Source: a virus
Lineage: Duplodnaviria; Heunggongvirae; Uroviricota; Caudoviricetes
Length of the DNA: 64,000 nucleotides
Direction: 5' to 3' (one strand)
Virus record (IMG/VR): IMGVR_UViG_3300010401_000032
Coordinates: 90,145-154,144 of that record
Part shown: piece after piece, positions 8,699 to 16,970 of the stretch
How the letters are laid out: every line of letters starts with the position of its first letter
Numbering within the stretch: the stretch's first letter is position 1
Made by a program: the position numbers and the translations under genes
The notes under the pieces: model-generated
Database searches by the model: none
Told to the model about the DNA's origin: nothing
What the model saw: the letters and a program-made list of their open reading frames with translations, nothing else

Positions 8699-9720
8699 AG
8701 TCTTCCTTCTCCGTGTGGTCTACCCTCGGCCGCTCCTGCTGCCGAAATTTCTACCCAATCTGCACGCTCTCTAATTTGCTTTAAATTATTGGCCCCGCAA
8801 TAGGTCATTCCACTTCTAATGCCACCCATAAGATCACCTATTACATCTTTGATCGGGCCTTTTGCTTTCACTTTTATCTCTACGCCTTCGGCGGTTTTCC
8901 AATCTGCTTGATGGCCGAAATGATCTTCGGCGGCTTCCTTGGAGGCCATACCTCGGAACACCTTGTGTTCCGAAATAATTTCTCCTGGCGTTTCATCTGT
9001 ACCAGCTAGCATTCCACCTAGCATAACCGCGTCTGCTCCCGCCGCAAATGCTTTTACTGCATCGCCTGGGGTTCGTATACCACCATCGGCAATAATAAAA
9101 CAATTCACTCTACGACACTCTTGTATCGCTGAAAATTGCGGGACGCCGAAGCCCGTCTTGATACGTGTACTACAAACAGACCCCGGACCAATTCCAACCT
9201 TGATAGCATCCGCTCCACAGCCGGCCAAATACTCGGCTCCCGCGTAAGTGCAAACATTCCCAGCAACGATATATACATCGTCGCGAGATTCTTTGATTTG
9301 CTTTATTAAGTGACCTACTGCCTTACTGTGTCCGTGAGCAACATCGATACAAAAGTATCGAGCACCCACTTCATAAAGGGCATTAAAACGATCGAGTTTT
9401 TCATTTACGCCTAATGAAATAACCATATCGGATTGACCCGCCGTAAGATTTGGATTATCGCCCATTTTTGCAATCGTTTCATCGTACATTGCAAGATTAT
9501 CTTCTATAGAACAGAATCTATGTAAGAATCCTAGACCGCCAAGCTCTCGTAATCTGAATGCCATTTCTGGTCCAGTAACAGTATCCATATTGGAACTTAG
9601 AATAGGAATGTCTAATACAAGATTACCCAATTCAACAGACGTATCAACGTCTTGTCGACTGACAATATTATTGAATCTCGGTATTAGAGAGATGTCATCA
9701 AAAGATAAGGCTTTAACCAT
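8695..9720 (-). CDS. guaB: IMP dehydrogenase / GMP reductase family enzyme, no CBS domain
   Basis: SSNMDTVT, IDVAHGHS, VAGNV, KVGIGPGSVCSTR (catalytic Cys), IIADGGI, FRGMAS, AEGV. The flap loop looks GMPR-like, so guaC is possible. Confidence 0.85.
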   Translation of the reverse strand: MVKALSFDDISLIPRFNNIVSRQDVDTSVELGNLVLDIPILSSNMDTVTGPEMAFRLRELGGLGFLHRFCSIEDNLAMYDETIAKMGDNPNLTAGQSDMVISLGVNEKLDRFNALYEVGARYFCIDVAHGHSKAVGHLIKQIKESRDDVYIVAGNVCTYAGAEYLAGCGADAIKVGIGPGSVCSTRIKTGFGVPQFSAIQECRRVNCFIIADGGIRTPGDAVKAFAAGADAVMLGGMLAGTDETPGEIISEHKVFRGMASKEAAEDHFGHQADWKTAEGVEIKVKAKGPIKDVIGDLMGGIRSGMTYCGANNLKQIRERADWVEISAAGAAEGRPHGEGRL

Positions 9721-10378
9721 ATAGTTGTTTCAACTGCGTCTGATCGATATTATCGTTCTCGTCATATGTCGCACCTATGAAATGTCCCGGTTCTATTGGG
9801 CTTGGAAATGGAATTCCGGGCCAAAAATTAGTATGAAAATCGGCATGGTTCAGTGTGTCGTTCTTAACTACCGGCCATACAACTTGTGTCAAAAAGTCCT
9901 GGTCACATTGCCAACGGGCTTCGTGACTCTGTGCCCATTCCATGGCGTGTCTTGACATTTCGGAGAATAGTCCCTTTTTAATACCAAACATACCGCCGAG
10001 AATTGGCACGGAATGATGAAAGTGACAATGCATAGTATGAAAAAACTTATCGCTTTGAAGCCATTGGTCGACAGCTTCTTTTTCTCGTAGAGATAGACGT
10101 GAATCGCAATCTCTACTAATCATAACTTCTACATTAGCTTCGCTAATTGGCCGAAAACGATCTAACATCATACGCCAATCCCCCACCGCATCATAGAAAA
10201 TTACCTTACAATTTGGTTGCTGTGAAAGATTGAGTGGTGTTTTACCTGGAACATCAGCACTAACATAATACCAACATTCCCAGTCTGGATAAATAGTTTT
10301 AGCTAGTTCGGCGTTTTTGATGGCTCCTACGCAGTACTTAGGATTATTCCCCCAAAGACAAAACGATATAACTTTCAT
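9713..10378 (-). CDS. Putative glycosyltransferase-like protein (GT-A, RDxDS motif)
   Basis: ISFCLWG..PKY..GA, RF.P, SRDCDSRLS.RE..AV..WL.S, H...ILGGMFG, DQDFL. A family I recognise from glycan loci; function inferred. Confidence 0.6.
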   Translation of the reverse strand: MKVISFCLWGNNPKYCVGAIKNAELAKTIYPDWECWYYVSADVPGKTPLNLSQQPNCKVIFYDAVGDWRMMLDRFRPISEANVEVMISRDCDSRLSLREKEAVDQWLQSDKFFHTMHCHFHHSVPILGGMFGIKKGLFSEMSRHAMEWAQSHEARWQCDQDFLTQVVWPVVKNDTLNHADFHTNFWPGIPFPSPIEPGHFIGATYDENDNIDQTQLKQLYG

Positions 10379-10551
10379 CGGAATTCACTCATATCACATG
10401 GCTCTATTCTATCTTCATTCACTCTATACCATCCAATTGGAACACCAAACATTTCTGATACTCCACTACTGGCGACGCACATATAATGTGGGCCGTCCCA
10501 GTCGATTGTCATCTCGTATGTGCCAGAACCGATGTTTAGATTTTGTTCCAA
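10375..10551 (-). CDS. Small hypothetical protein (missed by ORF track)
   Basis: Open from TTG 10551 or ATG 10512 (MTIDWDGPHYMCVASSGVSEMFGVPIGWYRVNEDRIEPCDMSEFR). Its stop overlaps the next ATG (ATGA). Confidence 0.55.
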   Translation of the reverse strand: MEQNLNIGSGTYEMTIDWDGPHYMCVASSGVSEMFGVPIGWYRVNEDRIEPCDMSEFR

Positions 10552-10904
10552 GGTTTAAAATTCTCCAAGAATTCCATAGTGGGGTAAACCCCACTAAAGT
10601 TGATTGCTCGATCGTCAATATAAACTGACGCACCACGCTTAACACATGAGAATGCAAGCTGATCAATTAAATGATTTGGCATTCCATGATCTCTAAACCA
10701 AGCATGAAGGGCGGCTTCTGATTCGCCATGTAACATACGACACGTAAAAATGACTACATGAAAATGTTTTACTGCTTCGCAGAGCCATGCAATAGCCCCC
10801 GGAACGGGCGGATCCGGAAGATATATAGGATCTTCCTGGCTAAATTTTGTTTTGTAGCTATTGATCACGCCATCAAAATCTACGTAAATAACCTTCTTAA
10901 TCAT
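10536..10904 (-). CDS. HAD-superfamily phosphatase (capless)
   Basis: VDFDGVI motif I, IFTCR motif II, K, YIDDRA motif IV. Confidence 0.8.
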   Translation of the reverse strand: MIKKVIYVDFDGVINSYKTKFSQEDPIYLPDPPVPGAIAWLCEAVKHFHVVIFTCRMLHGESEAALHAWFRDHGMPNHLIDQLAFSCVKRGASVYIDDRAINFSGVYPTMEFLENFKPWNKI

Positions 10905-11161
10905 GATACTCCGGCATCAGTTGTCCAAACTGCTCCAAATAATACATAAACCAAGCCATAGTATCCAGTATAACGAGCCATATGTCTTACGTATCGATCT
11001 GTCGCACTCTGAAAATCGTTACAATTCTTATTCAATTCCTGTATAGTTCTTGGTTCGCGATTTTCAATCTTAATGATATCAAGCCACAACTTTTTACGTC
11101 TATTATTTATCGCTCTTAAGTGTTGAGAACGACGTTTGATTTTACGATAAAACCCAATCAT
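10901..11161 (-). CDS. Hypothetical basic protein
   Basis: 86 aa, overlaps neighbours, short hydrophobic C-terminal stretch. Confidence 0.55.
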   Translation of the reverse strand: MIGFYRKIKRRSQHLRAINNRRKKLWLDIIKIENREPRTIQELNKNCNDFQSATDRYVRHMARYTGYYGLVYVLFGAVWTTDAGVS

Positions 11162-12290
11162 AGCACTTCTCTAATTGTTTGTTTACAATACTGGCTTCGA
11201 AATATCTCATGGCTCTTCGCCGGGCAGTACGTCCAAAATAGTCGCGTAGTCTCACGCGATCTGTTTCGTCTTCATTGGCAAACTCTTCGTTAAGAACTAA
11301 TTGCTCAAGAATATCTCTGTATGCAACCCAATCGCCCACTGGCACAACAAAGCCGGCGTCGCCAATAATCTCTGATTGACCGTTATAGATTCCGCTTTCG
11401 TGAGATACTACTGGTAGTCCATGCATCATGGCCTCTTGTATATTACAAGGACAACACTCTCCATCATGACGTGCGTGAGCATAAATGTCAAGTCCCATAT
11501 AGAACTTAGATAAAGCTTGATCGCTTATAATGGGTTCGCCGAATCTTATGTTTTGTATTCCAAGCTTACTGGCACAATCGATCCAGTTCTGACAAGGATT
11601 AATTACTATATACCAAACATTAGGATATCTCTTCTCTACCTCCGCGAAAGCTTTTAATGAGATAGGGTCAAAGTTATCTGGACGGCCAACGCGACCAATG
11701 AGAATTGCATCGTGCGGTATCTTAAACTTGTTCAGTAATTCTTCTCGACATAAATCCTTGTTATCAATAGTCATATCTAGAACTGGTTGTTCTATTGGAT
11801 TATAGATTACTGGACCGACTTCGTTGCCACTAGAAACGGCTCGCTCTTTAATATAATCTGATATATAAATATGTAGGTCTATTTGACTCTCTGGCGTCGT
11901 ATCGTTATAACCAAAGATGTTAGTTTCGACCCACTTGGCTCTTGGAGCCATGTAACGGAATGCTGGCCACTCGTTGTAACCGCTTCTGTGAACATGCACA
12001 ATCTGCGGATCGATTTGCTTTAAAACATCAAATAGATTGTCCTTCTCTGGAAGGTACGGAGATTGGCGACCCTTCTTGCCGGGTTCCCACTGATAGGGAA
12101 TCACCCGATCATTTCCAAGCCAAGAGCGTACAACGTCAAGGCGTTCGTTTGCTGGATCATTATCTCTATAGACAATATATGGATCAAACCTGTCGCTTCG
12201 CGACAGGTACTTGGCGAATAGTTGTGCCGTGCGGTCTGTGCCGCTATAACCAACCGTCTTGGAATGATGTACTACTCGTATTTTGTTCAT
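11142..12290 (-). CDS. Glycosyltransferase family 4 (GT-B)
   Basis: GYSGTDRT N-terminal motif, IGRVGR, DIYAH...GECCPCNIQEAMMHGLPVV (EX7E-like), GFVVP. Confidence 0.88.
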   Translation of the reverse strand: MNKIRVVHHSKTVGYSGTDRTAQLFAKYLSRSDRFDPYIVYRDNDPANERLDVVRSWLGNDRVIPYQWEPGKKGRQSPYLPEKDNLFDVLKQIDPQIVHVHRSGYNEWPAFRYMAPRAKWVETNIFGYNDTTPESQIDLHIYISDYIKERAVSSGNEVGPVIYNPIEQPVLDMTIDNKDLCREELLNKFKIPHDAILIGRVGRPDNFDPISLKAFAEVEKRYPNVWYIVINPCQNWIDCASKLGIQNIRFGEPIISDQALSKFYMGLDIYAHARHDGECCPCNIQEAMMHGLPVVSHESGIYNGQSEIIGDAGFVVPVGDWVAYRDILEQLVLNEEFANEDETDRVRLRDYFGRTARRRAMRYFEASIVNKQLEKCYDWVLS

Positions 12291-12508
12291 ATTTCTGGTA
12301 AGGCTTCTACTTCTTCGTCCGTCATCTCTATAACTTCAATAGTAAAAGAATCACCCACGTAGGGATCATCTTCGTACCAATCGCGGATACAGCTAAATAG
12401 ACCGTCTAAGGTATCGGCATTTAATACGCTCCAATGATCGCCATCTACTAATTCTGGACTGATCCTAAAATACTTAGCCATTGATAACCTCTTCGTAAAT
12501 CTTTTCAA
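12287..12508 (-). CDS. Small acidic hypothetical protein
   Basis: Sits between two GT4 paralogues; real start probably MAKYF (~12481). Confidence 0.6.
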   Translation of the reverse strand: MKRFTKRLSMAKYFRISPELVDGDHWSVLNADTLDGLFSCIRDWYEDDPYVGDSFTIEVIEMTDEEVEALPEI

Positions 12509-13580
12509 GTTTCTTGACGCAAACGCTTGCTTCGAATTCGGCTTCCGCTTTATGTCTGCCAGCCTCGCCCATTCTGAATCTCATGCCCTGATCATCAATC
12601 AACATCTTTAAAGCTTCTGCATATTCATCGGGATGATTATTAACCACCCAACCTGTCTCGGCAGTATTCACTAAAGTAGTTTGTGCTTGAAATACGCCCA
12701 TTCCTGGAACGCTTGCTCTGGCATAATGCGTAATCACGGGTTTACCATGGATCATAGCCTCGGCAATATTAACGCCGAATGTTTCGCCATCCGCTCTAGC
12801 ATGAGTATATATATCTAAACTATTATAGAAAGTGCTTAAAATTAAAGGATTAGTTGTGGGTTCGACAACGTGAAATGGTATTTCGTACTTGACTAAATCG
12901 TCGATCATGTTACTCGGCGGTGCAACTACGATGAAACGAATATCGTACCCCTGTAGTCGAAGTAGACGAACGGCGTCAACGCTGACCGAATTATATATAC
13001 CATTGTCTGGTCGCCCGCATCTCCCTACTACAGTTGCCCCTTCTTCGTGCCATTGGCTAGCAATTGGAAGAACTGAATCCGCGTATGGCATTTCAACTGG
13101 ATTATTAACAAAGTCAAATCTTGGGTTTGCACCCCTCAAATACATTCTAAGCGAATGATTCATAAGCCATTCACTCATAAAGAGATCGCGGTCTATCGCA
13201 GAATTAGGATCTATAAAGCCAAATACATTAGTAATAACAAAACGAGGAACGGTGATATGTATATTGGGACGCGGGAATTCCGCGTAGCCCGATTGATATA
13301 CGTGCAAAATATCTGGCTTAAAATTATCTATTACCTGCTGTAGTTCGTCGCCATTAACAGAACTTCTATTTTCCCAAGAATTAACTTCGAAAAGCTTGCC
13401 GCCAGAAACACGGGCGGCTTTTTGAAATTCTTCAAGCCTTGGATGTTCGCCGGTCTTTTCAAAGACCACGGCTACTTCAAACTTATCGCTATTCGCGTGT
13501 TCGAAAAATAACTGACACGTCTTCTCCGTACCGCCCAAACCAAGATGACGAAGATAATGCAGAACTTTAATTTTTCTCAT
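12474..13580 (-). CDS. Glycosyltransferase family 4 (GT-B)
   Basis: GLGGTEKT, VGRCGR, GETFGVNIAEAMIHGKPVI (EX7E), MGEAGR; paralogue of 11142-12290. Confidence 0.9.
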   Translation of the reverse strand: MRKIKVLHYLRHLGLGGTEKTCQLFFEHANSDKFEVAVVFEKTGEHPRLEEFQKAARVSGGKLFEVNSWENRSSVNGDELQQVIDNFKPDILHVYQSGYAEFPRPNIHITVPRFVITNVFGFIDPNSAIDRDLFMSEWLMNHSLRMYLRGANPRFDFVNNPVEMPYADSVLPIASQWHEEGATVVGRCGRPDNGIYNSVSVDAVRLLRLQGYDIRFIVVAPPSNMIDDLVKYEIPFHVVEPTTNPLILSTFYNSLDIYTHARADGETFGVNIAEAMIHGKPVITHYARASVPGMGVFQAQTTLVNTAETGWVVNNHPDEYAEALKMLIDDQGMRFRMGEAGRHKAEAEFEASVCVKKLEKIYEEVING

Positions 13581-13899
13581 GAAGTTGTCTTCTAAGATAG
13601 CTAACTTCTGCCTCTAGTTCACGAATGCGTTGCTTAGAGGCTCGTGCATGAGCGGATAATATACAAGGATTTATATGTTCGCCAATTGATTGTGTATCAA
13701 CTTCATGATCAAGAGCTTTGGCACGAGATTCCCACTCTAAAGCTTTCTGTTTCTCTAGATGAATCTGAAATTCTAAATGATAGATGACGCTCTCTTGACT
13801 GGCAACTTGCTTGTGAAGATCGGTAACAAGTTCCAATAACTCGTTAGCAACATAACGATACCATTTATATCGCCAACGTGTAAGTTTCTTATAGGCCAC
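13567..13899 (-). CDS. Hypothetical coiled-coil protein
   Basis: 110 aa with heptad-like E/K/L pattern; overlaps neighbours. Confidence 0.6.
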   Translation of the reverse strand: MAYKKLTRWRYKWYRYVANELLELVTDLHKQVASQESVIYHLEFQIHLEKQKALEWESRAKALDHEVDTQSIGEHINPCILSAHARASKQRIRELEAEVSYLRRQLHEKN

Positions 13900-14704
13900 T
13901 AATCCACTCTTCGCGTTGCGGTAGGTTGTTGAAGTCTCTGAATTCTTTAGCGTGCTTCAAATGACTGTCAAAGTTATGACCAAAAAACTCGGAAATGGCA
14001 GCGTATGTTTCGTAGTTATTGGCTCGTTTGTTACTATTTTCAATGGAATCGGGTCTTTGTGTATAGACCGTAAGCTGCTCCGGAATCGATAGACCGTGAT
14101 AGCCGTTGCTCATAAAGTATAACCAGAGCCAATAATCGAACGCTGACTTGTATTCGGCGGCTCTCTTATCCATTAGCTGCCAATCAAGATCGCGTTTAAA
14201 TTCTGTATTGTTGAGCCACGCAACCTGTGGTCCGCCCCAGCATTCTCGTGTCATAAGCTCAAAGTCGAACTTAGGTTTTAAGCCACGTCCAATCAGTTGT
14301 TTCTTTTCATTAATGACCGTCATGCCGCCATAACAGAATCCTATTTTGGGACCGTTATATAGTGGACTCTGAATGAACTTTAAATACTTGTGTACAATTT
14401 CTGTGGTGCGAGGATCGTGAAAATCATCGGTATTCGAGTTCATAACAAACTCGCCCTTGGCACATCTCCATGCACGCAACCAAGACGCTCCGTACGGCTC
14501 GCGTTTCGGCCAATAGACATAATTGACGCGACTATCTATCTCTGCCCATTTCTGGGCTATCGGTCCATCAGCACCGGGCGAATCGGGATTAACAACAACG
14601 ATTTCAAAATCTGGATCGGTTTGTCTTTCAAGCAAGTCAGCAATATGCTCATCCAAGAAATGAGCAGAATCATAGGTTGATACAAGATAAGAAAGCTTAG
14701 GCAT
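13889..14704 (-). CDS. Glycosyltransferase family 2
   Basis: LVSTY, Q..DFEIVVVN..S, AKGEFVMNSNTDD (DxD), DYWLWL. Confidence 0.85.
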   Translation of the reverse strand: MPKLSYLVSTYDSAHFLDEHIADLLERQTDPDFEIVVVNPDSPGADGPIAQKWAEIDSRVNYVYWPKREPYGASWLRAWRCAKGEFVMNSNTDDFHDPRTTEIVHKYLKFIQSPLYNGPKIGFCYGGMTVINEKKQLIGRGLKPKFDFELMTRECWGGPQVAWLNNTEFKRDLDWQLMDKRAAEYKSAFDYWLWLYFMSNGYHGLSIPEQLTVYTQRPDSIENSNKRANNYETYAAISEFFGHNFDSHLKHAKEFRDFNNLPQREEWISGL

Positions 14705-15713
14705 TTACGACCATTCCGTTATGATAATGACTCATGTGCGGTTGAGACTGTCGGGACATGCAGAGCCAAATGTTTCCCCATTCTTCATTTTTCAAAACCT
14801 TAGAATAGAATTTATCGTCTTCCCAACCAAGACTGGCCGCCGTAGGATTTTCACAATGTATAAATCTAGGATGCTGTTTCATGATTTCTGGATGCTCACC
14901 GCTAAAAGCTAAAACTGGCTCGGTATCTGCGAACCAATCTTTGACTTTCTGATCAAACTTTTTATTTGCGGCCCCATGGCCCGCAAGTTCTTTTTCGTAG
15001 TACTCTTGCTTAGTTTTCATTATTTCATTCATATTCGAACGTGCATATCCATAATGATATATGAAAAAATTATTCAACATAACTCTACGATGTTGATAGT
15101 GCGGTGAAAAATAAGTACAGTGTCCAGCCGGATCAGTTGCAACAGGATGACTATTATATTTCATGCCTCGAACGTACTTAAATATACGTTGATGCTGAGG
15201 TTGCCATTCAGGACCCGGCACAGCTACGTGCCAAAAATCTCTATAGAAATGTAAAAAATTAGGGACAAACTCGCATGCCGCAGGATTAAGATCTATAGCT
15301 TTTCGTAAGCGACGAATATCCTCAGGGCGATAAAATTCATCTGCGTCATTAATAATGATCCAATCGCCAGGAAGAGAAATATCCAGAAATGTTTGTTTCA
15401 TTTCCTCAAGATTCTTCCATGGTTTCCTAATAGATATCAATGTTAGTTTTTGATCTGGATCGTGATTAGCTTTAAAATCATTGATGATTTCGATTGTACG
15501 ATCTGTCGAATGTCCATCTGGCGTTGAATTAGGACGATTCTGCACCGCCCCTTCGATCACTATAATCCTATCTACTTCATTATAGATGGACGCAAGCGTT
15601 AAGCCAATGAATTCTTCTTCGTTGTGGGCTTGAATACACTGAACTAGACGGGCAGGTTTATTAACCCGTTCGGCTATACACTTCATTTGGCTTTCGTAAT
15701 AGATTTGATTCAT
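14697..15713 (-). CDS. Glycosyltransferase family 2-like
   Basis: AHNEEEFI..TL.SIY, STDRT..I, WIIINDADEF (DxDE), IYHYGYAR. Confidence 0.82.
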   Translation of the reverse strand: MNQIYYESQMKCIAERVNKPARLVQCIQAHNEEEFIGLTLASIYNEVDRIIVIEGAVQNRPNSTPDGHSTDRTIEIINDFKANHDPDQKLTLISIRKPWKNLEEMKQTFLDISLPGDWIIINDADEFYRPEDIRRLRKAIDLNPAACEFVPNFLHFYRDFWHVAVPGPEWQPQHQRIFKYVRGMKYNSHPVATDPAGHCTYFSPHYQHRRVMLNNFFIYHYGYARSNMNEIMKTKQEYYEKELAGHGAANKKFDQKVKDWFADTEPVLAFSGEHPEIMKQHPRFIHCENPTAASLGWEDDKFYSKVLKNEEWGNIWLCMSRQSQPHMSHYHNGMVVNA

Positions 15714-16969
15714 AGTGATTCCTCAATGCTCGCCGCTACGGCACCTTCTTTTTTATCGTCAAAACGTACTACGCCAGTAGCTTTCCATGATTCATGAGCA
15801 GAGATCAACTGTTCTGTTACTTTTGATGCAATAGTTCTATAATCAAACTTGTTACCAACCATCATGGCATTTTGTTGTTTTTGTAATACGGCTTGCCACT
15901 CTTTTAGATTAGCCTCGTTTAACTGACCTTCGGCAGCACCTTTCTTTAAAAGGTAGAATCTCTGCATAACCATTGACATCTCGGCGACGGAAGGTTCAAA
16001 ACACTGTTCTAAGCCAGTGAATAATCCTGGATCTCCGTGGGGCATGTCGTAAAAGAAAGACGCACAGCCGTTATAAATTAATGCGTTTTGCGTGCTAACG
16101 AAATCTTGCAAGCCGGTTTTATCATGTGAAATAACCGTCTTACCGTGGGCCAGGGCATCGAATACCGGTATGCCCCAACCTTCTGATCTACTTGAACAAA
16201 CGTACGCATCACCTCTAGCATGTAAGCTTTGAATATCTTCGTCTGACATAGTTCCTATCAATGGAAGAACCGGCGGGAACTTGTTTGTCGGTATACGGGT
16301 TTTCATTTTGACATTTTCGATATAGCTCTTAACGTGAGTTAAATCGTTTTGTCTGTCCTGCATACTAATGTAGGTCTTTAAAACTAAGAGAACGTCGTCG
16401 GGCACACTAGAGAATGCCGCGTAATATGCCCGCAGCAAAAGATCTATTCCCTTTTTCGTGCTAAGTTGACAAATATTATAGAATATTGTTCTATTACCAG
16501 CATTCTTAATTTCAAATGGCTGGTACTTCTTTTTGTAAATATCATTATCGCATGGCGGTGCCGCAACAAGAATGGGGCGTCTTATGCCAGATCTCAATAA
16601 AGTTTCAGCATTAAAACGTGACGGCACAATGAGAAAGTCAAAACTCTGTGCTGTTTGTGCCCAAGACGGCTGTAATCTGTCCGTTTCAAAGAATGTATAC
16701 AGTCCATTAACGACACCTGGAATTGGAACCGCTTCCACATTACAGGTGGTCATTTGAGTTACAATATCAACATTCAAAAGATCTTTTTGTAGATGCGGAG
16801 CCATCCATTCCGGTATATCAAAAGATTGTCCGTTGTCAAGACGATCGTACTTTAATGGACGAGCTACCACGTCTAATCTTTCGTCTTGCTTTAGCATGCG
16901 TAAAAAATTACGCGATACTGTTGCAAATCCGGAGAAATCAAATAACGGACCTGTAAATAGAAGTTTCAT
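15710..16969 (-). CDS. Glycosyltransferase family 4 (GT-B)
   Basis: SGFATVSR, FFETD, IVPSRFN, KKGIDLLL.AY, SRSEGWGIPVFDALAHGK. Confidence 0.88.
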   Translation of the reverse strand: MKLLFTGPLFDFSGFATVSRNFLRMLKQDERLDVVARPLKYDRLDNGQSFDIPEWMAPHLQKDLLNVDIVTQMTTCNVEAVPIPGVVNGLYTFFETDRLQPSWAQTAQSFDFLIVPSRFNAETLLRSGIRRPILVAAPPCDNDIYKKKYQPFEIKNAGNRTIFYNICQLSTKKGIDLLLRAYYAAFSSVPDDVLLVLKTYISMQDRQNDLTHVKSYIENVKMKTRIPTNKFPPVLPLIGTMSDEDIQSLHARGDAYVCSSRSEGWGIPVFDALAHGKTVISHDKTGLQDFVSTQNALIYNGCASFFYDMPHGDPGLFTGLEQCFEPSVAEMSMVMQRFYLLKKGAAEGQLNEANLKEWQAVLQKQQNAMMVGNKFDYRTIASKVTEQLISAHESWKATGVVRFDDKKEGAVAASIEESL

Positions 16970-16970
16970 A

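Noticed and set aside
15632-15641. CAGTGTATTC resembling the late motif inside a GT gene
   Set aside because: It lies in coding sequence (VQCIQ), lacks the T(T)AG start and is not before a gene start; likely chance.
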